From the NCBI GenBank assembly GCA_002269645.1, contig NIVC01002169.1, positions 1-26,960 on the forward strand: a stretch of DNA of 26,960 nt. Reading direction: 5' to 3'. The stretch comes from Macrostomum lignano (Eukaryota). A program made the position numbers and the translations under genes. This document shows, piece by piece, positions 1-11,129 of this stretch (its first letter is position 1; each line of letters opens with the position of its first letter). The notes under the pieces are model-generated. The model had not been told where the DNA came from and searched no databases. It saw nothing but the letters and a program-made list of their open reading frames with translations.

Positions 1-770
1 GGCTGGCCCAGCAGCTGAGGGTCTGGGAGGCTGGCCCAGCAGCTGACCGAGAATCTGGGAGGCTGGCCAGAGACCGAGAATCTGGGAGGCTGGCCCAGCA
101 GCTGAGGAACTGGGAGGCTGGCACAGCAGCTGAGGAACTGGGAGGCTGGCACAGCAGCTGAGGGTCTGGGAGGCTGGCCCAGCAGCTGAGAATCTGGGAG
201 GCTGGCCCAGAGACCGAGAATCTGGGAGGCTGGCCCAGCAGCTGAGGAACTGGGAGGCTGGCACAGCAGCTGAGGAACTGGAGGCTGGCACAGCAGCTGA
301 GGGTCTGGGAGGCTGGCCCAGCAGCTGAGAATCTGGGAGGCTGGCCCAGAGACCGAGAATCTGGGAGGCTGGCCAGCAGCTGAGGAACTGGGAGGCTGGC
401 ACAGCAGCTGAGGGTCTGGGAGGCTGGCCCAGCAGCTGAGAATCTGGGAGGCTGGCCCAGAGACCGAGAATCTGGGAGGCTGGCCCAGCAGCTGAGGAAC
501 TGGGAGGCTGGCACAGCAGCTGAGGAACTGGGAGGCTGGCACAGCAGCTGAGGGTCTGGGAGGCTGGCCCAGCAGCTAAGGAACTGGGAGGCTGGCACAG
601 CAGCTGAGGTTCTGGGAGGCTGGCCCAGCAGCTGAGGATCTGGGAGGCTGGCCCAGCAGCTGAGGGTCTGGGAGGCTGCGCCCAGCAGCTGAGGATCTGG
701 GAGGCTGGCCCAGCAGCTGAGGATCTGGGAGGGCTGTGGTGGCCCAGCAACTGAGGGGCTGAGAGGGCGG
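1..770. repeat. G-rich minisatellite, ~28-bp unit (CTGGGAGGCTGGCCCAGCAGCTGAG+GGT/GAA/AAT), truncated by window start
   Basis: Direct tandem copies with variant units; the GAGGGT variant recurs at 17, 160, 299, 410, 550; degenerates after ~700. The ORF at 576-818 is a by-product. Confidence 0.95.
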
Positions 771-1775
771 CTGGGAGGGAAGCAGCAATAAAAGCAGCTT
801 ATAGAAGGCGAAGGTCACAAAACATTGTCTTAAACCAGTTGTCCATCAAAATGGCCTGGATCGATCAGTTTATTGAAAAGTGCATCACAAGAAGCGGATT
901 GTCAATCAGACAAAAGCAAGCACAAACGGTCACAGGAAAAGATGAAAGAGAAAGCGTTTTAAAAGAAGCAGAGAGAATAATTAAAAGATTGGCGCGGACA
1001 CTACAAGAGAGAATACTGCCGCGAGGCACAAAAAACAGCATACCTGGGACCTCACTACTAATTACATAGTCGTAATTAGATAGACCCTAACTTCATATTG
1101 TTAGCTTTTTAGAAATGCTACAGCTTTTAAGCTCTTTCCCTAAATATCAGGGGTCGGCAAACTCTGGTCTGCAGAGGCCTTAGTTCCTTTGAAACATCAC
1201 AATACTCGAAGCGCTTATGTTTGCGTCTCTTAGATTCTCTCTTAACTATTCTATTTTCCTCTCATCAGACCTGCAAAGGCGAATAAGTTTGCCTACCCCT
1301 GCCCTATACCAACAAAGAAATTTCCAAGGACCGAACAAACTATATATTAATGGATATTTACACACAAAATCGAAAGCGTGGGGAAAAAGTATAACAAAAA
1401 TAAGATCAAATAATGCACCAATAAATTTATGAAAATTGCATTATTTAGGACAGCTCAACAAGACTGACGGACTTGACACAACAAGAATTTCGCAGAATGC
1501 ACACGATAAAATGGAACGCAACGAGAAGTTTAAACATTTATAAACGGGCGGCTCGCTTGAAACAAACTGATCAAAATAAATGGCGGCCTGTCCAAAAGTT
1601 GAAATGTCCGCATGGGGATACAGAAATAAAATACCAACTATACGATTAATTGTTGAGCACAGAACGACACAATTGATATTGATACAACAGGTGCTTTAAA
1701 TCAATCATGACAAGCCAACGTTCACATCATAGATATTGATTACCTATTGAGTCTTGACAGAACCGCATAACTTGC

Positions 1776-4700
1776 TTCTTCACTGGGGATTGAGGGCGAT
1801 TCTTCACTGGGGATTTGGGGGCGATTGTTCACTGGGGATTGGGAGAGCGTTTCTTCACTGGGGATTGAGGGCGATTCTTCACTGGGGATTTGGGGGCGAT
1901 TGTTCACTGGGGATTGGGAGAGCGATTCTTCACTGGGGATTGAGGGCGATTCTTCACTGGGGATTTGGGGCGATTCTTCACTGGGGATTGAGAGGGCGAT
2001 TCTTTACTGGGGATTGAGAGCGATTCTTCACTGGGGATTTGATTGGGGCGATTCTTCACTGGGGATTTGGGGGCGATTCTTCACTGGGGATTGAGGACGA
2101 TTCTTCACTGGGGATTGAGGGCGATTCTTCACTGGGGATTGAGGGCGATTCTTCACTGGGGATTGAGGGCGATTCTTCACTGGGGATTTGAGGGCGATTC
2201 TTCACTGGGGATTGAGAGCGATTCTTCACTGGGGATTGAGAGGGCGATTCTTTACTGGGGATTGAGGGCGATTCTTCACTGGGGATTGAGAGCGATTCCT
2301 CACTGGGGATTGAGGGCGATTCTTCACTGGGGATTGAGAGCGATTCTTCACTGGGGATTGAGAGCGATTCCTCACTGGGGATTGAGGCGATTCTCACTGG
2401 GGATTGAGGGCGATTCTTCACTGGGGATTGAGAGGGCGATTCCTCACTGGGGATTGAGGGGGCGATTCTTCACTGGGGATTGAGAGGGCGATTCTTCACT
2501 GGGGATTGAGAGGGCGATTCTTCACTGGGGATTGAGAGCGATTCCTCACTGGGGATTGAGGGGGCGATTCCTCACTGGGGATTGAGGGCGATTCTTCACT
2601 GGGGATTGAGAGGGCGATTCCTCACTGGGGATTGAGGGGGCGATTCTTCACTGGGGATTGAGAGGGCGATTCTTCACTGGGGATTTGGGGGCGATTCTTC
2701 ACTGGGGATTTGGGGGCGATTCTTCACTGGGGATTGAGGACGATTCTTCACTGGGGATTGAGGGCGATTCTTCACTGGGGATTTGAGGGCGATTCTTCAC
2801 TGGGGATTGAGGGCGATTCTTCACTGGGGATTGAGAGCGATTCCTCACTGGGGATTGAGGGGGCGATTCTTCACTGGGGATTGAGAGGGCGATTCTTCAC
2901 TGGGGATTGAGAGGGCGATTCTTCACTGGGGATTGAGAGGGCGATTCTTCACTGGGGATTGAGAGGGCGATTCTTCACTGGGGATTGAGAGGGCGATTCT
3001 TCACTGGGGATTGGGAGAGCGATTCTTCACTGGGGATTGAGGGCGATTCTTCACTGGGGATTGAGGGCTATTCTTCACTGGGGATTGAGGGCGATTCTTC
3101 ACTGCGGTTGAGGGCGATTCTTCACTGGGGATTGAGGGCGATTCTTCACTGGGGATTGAGGGCGATTCTTCACTGGGGATTGGGAGAGCGATTCTTCACT
3201 GGGGATTGAGGGCGATTCTTCACTGGGGATTGAGGGCGATTCTTCACTGGGGATTGAGGGGGCGATTCTTCACTGGGGATTGAGAGGGCGATTCTTCACT
3301 GGGGATTGAGTGGGCGATTCTTCACTGGGGATTGAGAGGGCGATTCTTCACTGGGGATTGAGAGGGCGATTCTTTACTGGGGATTGAGTGGGCGATTCTT
3401 CACTGGGGATTGAGTGGGCGATTCTTCACTGGGGATTGAGAGGGCGATTCTTTACTGGGGATTGAGTGGGCGATTCTTCACTGGGGATTGAGAGGGCGAT
3501 TCTTCACTGGGGATTGAGGGCGATTCTTCACTGGGGATTGAGAGGGCGATTCTTCACTGGGGATTGAGAGCGATTCCTCACTGGGGATTGAGGGGGCGAT
3601 TCTTCACTGGGGATTGAGAGGGCGATTCTTCACTGGGGATTGAGAGGGCGATTCCTCACTGGGGATTGAGGGGGCGATTCTTCACTGGGGATTGAGAGGG
3701 CGATTCTTCACTGGGGATTTGGGGGCGATTCTTCACTGGGGATTTGGGGGCGATTCTTCACTGGGGATTGAGGACGATTCTTCACTGGGGATTGAGGGCG
3801 ATTCTTCACTGGGGATTTGAGGGCGATTCTTCACTGGGGATTGAGGGCGATTCTTCACTGGGGATTGGGAGAGCGATTCTTCACTGGGGATTGAGGGCGA
3901 TTCTTCACTGGGGATTGAGAGCGATTCTTCACTGGGGATTGAGAGGGCGATTCTTTACTGGGGATTGAGGGCGATTCTTCACTGGGGATTGAGAGCGATT
4001 CCTCACTGGGGATTGAGGGCGATTCTTCACTGGGGATTGAGAGCGATTCTTCACTGGGGATTGAGAGCGATTCCTCACTGGGGATTGAGGGGGCGATTCT
4101 TCACTGGGGATTGAGAGGGCGATTCTTCACTGGGGATTGAGAGGGCGATTCTTCACTGGGGATTGAGAGGGCGATTCTTCACTGGGGATTGAGAGGGCGA
4201 TTCTTCACTGGGGATTGAGAGGGCGATTCTTCACTGGGGATTGAGAGCGATTCTCACTGGGGATTGAGGGGCGATTCTCACTGGGGATTGAGGGCGATTC
4301 TTCACTGGGGATTGAGAGGGCGATTCTTCACTGGGGATTGAGAGCGATTCCTCACTGGGGATTGAGGGGGCGATTCTTCACTGGGGATTGAGAGGGCGAT
4401 TCTTCACTGGGGATTGAGTGGGCGATTCTTCACTGGGGATTGAGAGGGCGATTCTTTACTGGGGATTGAGTGGGCGATTCTTCACTGGGGATTGAGTGGG
4501 CGATTCTTTACTGGGGATTGAGTGGGCGATTCTTCACTGGGGATTGAGAGGGCGATTCTTCACTGGGGATTGAGGGCGATTCTTCACAGGGGATTGAGAG
4601 GGCGATTCTTCACTGGGGATTGGGAGAGCGATTCTTCACTGGGGATTGAGGGCGATTCTTCACTGGGGATTTGGGGGCGATTCTTCACTGGGGATTTGGG

Positions 4701-5225
4701 GGCGATTCTTCACTGGGGATTGAGGACGATTCTTCACTGGGGATTTGGGGGCGATTGTTCACTGGGGATTTGAGGGCGATTCTTCACTGGGGATTGAGGA
4801 CGATTCTTCACTGGGGATTTGGGGGCGATTGTTCACTGGGGATTTGAGGGCGATTCTTCACTGGGGATTGAGGGCTATTCTTCACTGGGGATTGAGGGCG
4901 ATTCTTCACTGGGGTTGAGGGCGATTCTTCACTGGGGATTGAGGGCGATTCTTCACTGGGGATTGAGGGCGATTCTTCACTGGGGATTGGGAGAGCGATT
5001 CTTCACTGGGGATTGAGGGCGATTCTTCACTGGGGATTGAGGGCGATTCTTCACTGGGGATTGAGGGCGATTCTTCACTGGGGATTGAGAGGGCGATTCT
5101 TCACTGGGGATTGAGGGCGATTCTTCACTGGAGATTGAGGGCGATTCTTCACTGGGGATTGGGAGAGCGAGTCCTCACTGGGGATTAAGAGGGCGATTCT
5201 TCACTGGGGATTTAAAGGGCGATTT
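1776..5225. repeat. Minisatellite, 23-26-bp unit (TTCTTCACTGGGGATTGAGGGCGA), roughly 140 copies
   Basis: Continuous tandem copies; variation concentrated in the GAGGG segment (GAGAG, GAGTGGG, TGGGG, GAGGA). All ORFs in 1754-5016 are repeat translations. Confidence 0.97.
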
Positions 5226-5461
5226 TTCTAGGAAGGCTAGCAAGTGCCTTATGCAGTCCGTCGAAGTTGAATAAAAATTTAGCGCAGAATAACAGCAATC
5301 ATTTCGACGAACAAACAGGTCTAATGATCTAAGAAGCTTACAAAAATGACTTCAATTCAGCCAAAAAAGTCAATTTCCTGGATTGTTTTTTGTAAAATAC
5401 ATTACGTAGCTTAAAAACCTCATTCTCCTACTAACAGTAGTAGTAGGAGACCTAAAAGCGG

Positions 5462-5574
5462 CTATTTTCCAGCAGCGTCTCCATCGGGAGGCAGCAGTTT
5501 CTCAACTCCGCCATCAAACTTGCCAACATAAACGGCGCTCGCTTTGCCAATAAACAGGCCGGTCTCGACTAGAC
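5462..5574 (-). CDS. RPIA: RPIA coding exon 6 (GLVETGLFIGK...AAGK stop)
   Basis: Acceptor TGCCAG, VETGLF motif, TAG at 5464-5462. Confidence 0.93.
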
Positions 5575-8500
5575 CTGGCAAATTTAGATAATTAGGAAAA
5601 ACGGTATGGAAAAACTGTTACTACTACTTAGGCTCGATACTCGTAGTAGCTCACCAGGCATCATGTGCAGTTCCCGATCAACCTGTTCCCATTTCTGTTG
5701 AGCATCGAACTGCCAGTCTATTAGGAAATTGCCATTGTCTGTCACTACCGGACCCTGTTGGTGAAAGTGTAAGAGGTGCAAGGCAGATGACGGTTCAGAA
5801 TAATCAAATTCGTCTTTTGAGTTGCATCTCCTTTTTCAGAGGCCTGGCATTGCCCTTCTGCGAAGGCATTGCTCTGGGCTGCATGAGAGACATAAATACA
5901 TTTTAGTACCTTTATTCTAGCCTCACATTCTACTTGCTTAGAGTTTTTGACCAAATTATGTACTTGTTTGAATCAAGTGATCTAGAAGCTCAACTATTAA
6001 AATATATGAATAACTGAATCTATGGGTAAGGATAATGTAATTTGTGTCATGCAGAAGTGTCTTACAATAATTTGTATTTTCCTACATATTATAGTGCAAA
6101 AGAGCTTCACTTTTGTAGCATATCTACCGTTTGCTATGTTAGATGCCTGCTCCAATATGATAATGCATTTTATCACAATATTAAATATTGAATTGCAGCT
6201 TTAGCCAAGGAAGCGCCGGATATACGCCGCCCCCCCCCCCAGGCCAGAGAACCTTCATCGTGTTCTGCACCTCGGCAGGGGTGGTGAAGCCAACGACACC
6301 CCAGGACACAAATGCCGCAAACCAAGAGTTCCTGTTTCCACAACTTAACAGCAACGGCCTTCGCAGCCGCATTACGTAACTAATCTCCCGGCTAGACACC
6401 GCGCGCCCTGCGTTCGTCTTTCTTCAAGAGACCAAACTCAGAACATCCGAGGACTTCCACCCACTGCCGGGCTTGTCATCGCCGCCCCGTTGTGACGGAG
6501 TGCCATACGATTCCAATCCGCAGGGCGCAGACCCGGCCAACCGGCATCCTATCCAGCCGCCGTTCACCGAGCAGCCCGTCACACCGCGCGGCCCCGACTG
6601 CTGGCGCGCTGTCTGACCTGGAACGAATCGGACAGGGACACCTGGTGCAGCGGCTGCAGATCCCGTCGCACCGCCTGCACCAATCGTCACCCACCCAGCG
6701 AGACAGAACCAGTGACAGCCGCAAACGCCACCCCCGCGCCCGCCCCTCTACTTGAGCAAGGCCTAGGACCTACCTGCATGCGACGCACCCCCAACAACCG
6801 CGACTACTGCTGCAGCGGCTGCCTTGGCCACCGCAAATGCAGTAGGCGAGGCAGCTTACAGAAAACGAGCGTGGCGGCTAGCCAGCCTGGAAACCAACAT
6901 ATATAAGTGACATCTGCAAGTGTAATAAATATAAACTTTTCACGATTGTTTCCATCTACTATTTTCAGTGGTTTGGAAATGTTTCATTTTGTTGTACATC
7001 TTTTCGTATAATCGTATTTCTGTATGTTCTCCAAATTATCTAGTGGCGCAATCGAACCTATTGAAAGAAAATGTGCATTACATTATCTCAATATTTAATC
7101 AACATTACTTTAATTATTTTAATAATACTTGGCTTTAGTTATAACTTGAAAAGATGCTATTTGCACTTCTGTGTCCCGTCCTTGCACAATCTCGAAATTC
7201 TTCCTACTTTTCTTATTTTCTACTCATTTTGAGAGGCACAAAAAGCGTTGACACCCTGTAATATACATGTTGATGCTAGGACCCTGAATTCAAGATACAC
7301 CGACATTTAAATATGTAGCTAATACAATTTGTAAAAAATGTAAAAAATGAAGCTATACATTTAAATAGCTACAGAGAGGACGCCAGCTACAGATGGGGCG
7401 CCAGCTACAGATGGGCGCCAGCTACAGATGGGCGCCAGCTACAGATGGACGCCAGCTACAGATGGGCGCCAGCTACAGATGGGGCGCCAGCTACAGATGG
7501 GGCGCCAGCTACAGATGGGCGCCAGCTACAGATGGGCGCCAGCTACAGATGGACGCCAGCTACAGGGAGGACGCCAGCTACAGATGGGGCGCCAGCTACA
7601 GATGGGCGCCAGCTACAGATGGGCGCCAGCTACAGATGGGGCGCCAGCTACAGATGGGCGCCAGCTACAGATGGGGCGCCAGCTACAGATGGGCGCCAGC
7701 TACAGATGGGGCGCCAGCTACAGATGGGGCGCCAGCTACAGATGGGCGCCAGCTACAGATGGGCGCCAGCTACAGATGGACGCCAGCTACAGGGAGGACG
7801 CCAGCTACAGATGGGGCGCCAGCTACAGATGGGCGCCAGCTACAGATGGGCGCCAGCTACAGATGGGCGCCAGCTACAGATGGACGCCAGCTACAGGGAG
7901 GACGCCAGCTACAGATGGGGCGCCAGCTACAGATGGGCGCCAGCTACAGATGGACGCCAGCTACAGGGAGGACGCCAGCTACAGATGGGGCGCCAGCTAC
8001 AGATGGGCGCCAGCTACAGATGGGCGCCAGCTACAGATGGGCGCCAGCTACAAATGGGGCGCCAGCTACAGAATTGGCGCCGCTAAAAACTCCTGCTCTT
8101 TCCTAAATCACCGCGTCAGCGCTAACCATTTTGCCAGCGGACTCTCGCAGCACAGCTCGTCCGCCAAATCGCGTCTCAATTTGCCGCTTAACCAGAGCCC
8201 AGGCCATCGGCACAACTTCTATTGGGACGCCGGCGCGCCAGCGTTCGCCAAATTGCCTACTAATTTTAGCTTCATCGCAGACAATTACTAACGAATTCGC
8301 GGCGGTGTCGACGATTTTTTCTTGCAATAGGCAGCCGCCGCCGCCTTTAATTAAGGCCAAATTGGCGTCGACTTCGTCGGCTCCATCGACGGCCCAGTCT
8401 AGAGGTGCGGTGCAGTATTCCAGCTCAGCCAGCGGCATGCCGTGCTCTCTGATTAGCTGCTTTGCCTGCGCAGGGCCAAGAGGGTGGATAAGACACAATG

Positions 8501-9316
8501 AATGCGCGCGTACGAGTACTAGAAGTATGCAGATCCTGCATTCTATAATTTACTCTGATTAAGTACACGAACACGTTACACGTTAAAAGTACCGCCTTAG
8601 CACTTTAAGTGTTGAGGTACACGAGCACTTGGATTAGTTAAGTACACGCGCACTCTAAGCAGTAAATTACACGCGCACTTCAAATATTTAAGTAACACGA
8701 GCACTTGGACTATTTAATCGTAAGTACACACGCACTCTAGGAGTTTAAGTACACGCGCACTTTGAGTGTTTGGGCATACGAGTACTTTAAGTGCTTAAGT
8801 ACACGCGCACTCAAACCTTAAAGTACAACTCAACACTACACTCAATCACAATTAGGACAGAGGAATGAAGAAGTCGTTAATGAATTTGATTTTTATTCAC
8901 AGACCTGATAAGAAGTTGGCACGCATTTAACTGACCAGCTTTTCTGCTTCAAAAGCTCAGCTAAAATAATAGAAGAAAATGAACATTATTAACTTTGAAG
9001 AAATATGCTAAAAATGCGACTTAATATTTGAGCACTTACCAATGCGCTCAACAACAAACACCATGGTTCTACCAGATCCAATACCAATAGTTTGGCAGTT
9101 CTGAAATTATATAGAACACATTGATCAAATTCAACTGAAATGAATCACTTTCCAAACCTGAACTTTGATAACTCATAGCAATAAAACACATTCAGACATA
9201 AAAAAGCAACCAACCTGTAGATTCTCATCCACAGCCATGTTGGCAGCAAGCCGCCTGGCACTGTCTTTCCTGCTAGCAAGTTCACCATTTGTATAACTGC
9301 TATTTGTTGTAGTCAT
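5462..9316 (-). CDS. RPIA: Ribose-5-phosphate isomerase A, 6 coding exons, 256 aa
   Basis: Exons 9316-9215, 9100-9040, 8960-8905, 8465-8127, 5754-5655, 5574-5462; all introns GT-AG with matching phases (0,1,0,0,1); total 771 nt. Motifs GIGSG(R)T, CVPTSYQA, AVDGADEVD, LIKGGGGCLLQEK, GVPIEV, GPVVTDNGNF, PGLVETGLF. An acceptor at 9391-9392 suggests a further upstream exon or leader. Confidence 0.95.
5655..5754 (-). CDS. RPIA: RPIA coding exon 5 (GPVVTDNGNF...LHMMP)
   Basis: GPVVTDNGNFLIDW motif; acceptor CAACAG, donor GTGAGC. Confidence 0.95.
6190..6900 (+). mobile_element. Decayed non-LTR retrotransposon fragment (APE endonuclease N-terminus) in RPIA intron 4
   Basis: GC-rich island; reading 6329-6440 gives FLFPQLNSNGLRSRIT*LISRLDTARPAFVF then, after a 1-nt frameshift, LQETKL, matching the QxNxNGL...LQETK pattern of LINE endonucleases. 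Boundaries approximate. Confidence 0.6.
7367..8084. repeat. Minisatellite, 17/18-bp unit (GGGCGCCAGCTACAGAT[G]), about 40 copies, in RPIA intron 4
   Basis: Direct tandem copies with recurring ACAGGGAGGACGCC variant; ORFs 7393-8291 are repeat translations. Confidence 0.96.
8127..8465 (-). CDS. RPIA: RPIA coding exon 4 (AKQLIREHG...ESAGKM)
   Basis: DGADEVD and IKGGGGCLLQEK catalytic motifs; acceptor GCGCAG, donor GTTAGC. Confidence 0.96.
8561..8830. repeat. Degenerate 25-bp-period array with conserved core AAGTACACGCGCACT in RPIA intron 3
   Basis: Core copies start at 8615, 8640, 8665, 8690, 8722, 8747, 8797 with weaker copies at 8561, ~8772, ~8821. Confidence 0.8.
8905..8960 (-). CDS. RPIA: RPIA coding exon 3 (AELLKQKSWSVKCVPTSYQ)
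   Basis: Acceptor TTTTAG, donor GTCTGT, conserved CVPTS motif, phase fits both neighbours. Confidence 0.92.
9040..9100 (-). CDS. RPIA: RPIA coding exon 2 (NCQTIGIGSGRTMVFVVERI)
   Basis: Acceptor TTTCAG, donor GTAAGT, GIGSG motif; too short for the ORF track. Confidence 0.92.
9215..9316 (-). CDS. RPIA: RPIA coding exon 1 (MTTTNSS...AANMAVDENLQ)
   Basis: ATG at 9316, RpiA-like ARRLAANMAVDE helix, donor CAG|GTTGGT at 9214; start codon choice is inferred. Confidence 0.8.
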
Positions 9317-9910
9317 TTTGAATTGGCCAGTAGTGAAAGCCACAGATATTTGGACTTTAGACTTTGATAAAAATGGTGCTACTGTACCACCTGAAAAAGC
9401 AATCAAGTAACTTAACAAAGTAGCTAAGAAAGTCACTTCTAGGCAAAAATATAAATTATAATAGCTAAAAGTCATAATTTTTTAAAAACTTACTAATCAC
9501 TTTCTTAAACATCTTATATCCTAAAGCCTGAAAAAAGAAAGCAAAACTAATTATTTGATAAATTAAAAAATTGGAAACTTAGACTAAAAATTTAGAAAAT
9601 TAGGCAAGGAAGTAGCTTTTCTGATTAGAACAAACAAGAATCTATATAAACAGTATCCTATCCTATAAAGATAAGATCAATTGGTACACCTATATAACTT
9701 GCTTATATATGCTAGAGATCATAGAAAGATAAATATAGAGGGGGCAAAAAGGCCATGACTATCCTCTTAGCTATGGCCAAAATTTGGGCCATACTTTTTT
9801 GTCTATGTCTATGTAACTATGCATCTTTTCTAATATATAAATTTTGGCCTTGGGTTGTAGTTGTAGTTGCTTAGTATTGTAGCTTGCCTATCTCTCCTAC
9901 ACAATTTTGC

Positions 9911-10024
9911 GGCAATCTTCAAGTTTCGTTCGTTTAATTAATTCCGGAATTATTTCACCCTCTATTCAAGGGTGGTGGGGGGTGGGTGGGTGTTGGAATT
10001 AAACGAACGAAACTTGAAGATAAC
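9911..10024. mobile_element. MITE-like element: 25-bp perfect inverted repeats flanked by a 9-bp direct repeat
   Basis: ATCTTCAAGTTTCGTTCGTTTAATT (9915-9939) and its exact reverse complement (9997-10021); CAATTTTGC at 9902-9910 and 10025-10033. Confidence 0.7.
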
Positions 10025-10874
10025 CAATTTTGCTACCAAGGGGTCACTCTCTAAGGTACATAGGCCACATGAAAGAGTCACCCAGTGTGTGCCAGGGCTC
10101 AGGAGATGTTGCAATAAGGGACCTTTTTTCCAATTGCTATAATAAAATATCATTTTGGCACTCTACATTGCTTTGCCAGTGGTGACATTGTTACATATAT
10201 AGATAGACCATGCCAAATAACTTTGCCAACTTATTTTTAATGTACTGGATTAAGAATAATTTAACTTGAGTTAAAAACTAATTTTATCTTTACTACTAAG
10301 TTTTAGAAATTTCAGTACAAATAGATCTAGGGCAGGCCTAACTAGTCTTGAATGAGAATGACTAAGTCATGAGGTCATTTCAACCAGTTAGGATTGTCTA
10401 TATTTAAATAACAAAATAACACAAGTTAATTTTAACATTGTAAATCGGTGTTAAAAAGCTAGCCATGATTGTTAACATTGAGATTTGATAGGAGTTTTAG
10501 GTCGTAAAATACTTCAAATAAGAAACCTGGAAATTTATGCTTGTCACGTTTTAGAATCGCTGTTTGGTAAAACAAAAGCCGAATAGCCTGGATAGGACTG
10601 GTGAGGTAGTTTGGCGGGAAACGTTTTTGAATAAAAATTTTGAAAAAAAATGTTTTTTCAGAAATCTATCGCATACCCACAAACAACTCATTTTTAGTAT
10701 ACTCAGCAACATTGAAAAGTCGCCACTGTATGTGCGTGAGCAGCTAGTTTCTCTCGGACTCTGAAATAGAGGCTCTTCATGGCAATCGATTCTAGAACCA
10801 GAATCGGTTCGGATTTCCAAGAAAAAAAGCAGTATAACTTTTTAACTTTGTTGAATGTTTGACTGCCTTAACAG

Positions 10875-10882
10875 CCTCACTT
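10875..10882 (+). repeat. Target site duplication, left copy (CCTCACTT)
   Basis: Identical 8-mer directly abuts both TIR ends; does not extend to 9 bp. Confidence 0.93.
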
Positions 10883-11129
10883 ACTCCCGTAAATCTAGCC
10901 GCATGCCATCCTCATAAAAAATTTAAATGCTTGCGACAGCTATAAATCTGGATATTTTGCAAAGATTTAGACACTTTATTTATGCAACAGAAGGTTCAAA
11001 GCATTCCATGTACTTGGCTTGTCTGTGGGGAGGCGTTAAAAATTAGTTACGTGCGGATAGCGTGCGGATGGCTTGTTTTTTGGGCTTAGGAATTTTAAGC
11101 TTTGGGCAATTCTTGCGACAGTTGCTGAT
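10883..11129 (+). repeat. Left terminal inverted repeat (247 bp)
   Basis: Begins ACTCCCGTAAATCTAGCCGCATGCC; reverse complement of 25174-25420 with one mismatch seen (10930). Confidence 0.97.

Noticed and set aside
839-1069. ORF with W..F...R.GLS.R pattern faintly like pogo/CENP-B HTH
   Set aside because: Too short and weak; no downstream DDE region or TIRs.
1754-5016. ORFs with LRAILHWG / GDSSLGIE repeats
   Set aside because: Translations of the 24-bp minisatellite with frequent frame-breaking unit variants.
7393-8291. Long ORFs of 213-287 aa on plus strand
   Set aside because: Translations of the 17/18-bp minisatellite in all three frames; they lie antisense within an RPIA intron.
8127-8465. 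GC-rich RPIA exon 4 as sign of horizontal transfer
   Set aside because: Exon 6 is similarly GC-rich by eye and the protein is collinear with eukaryotic RPIA across introns.
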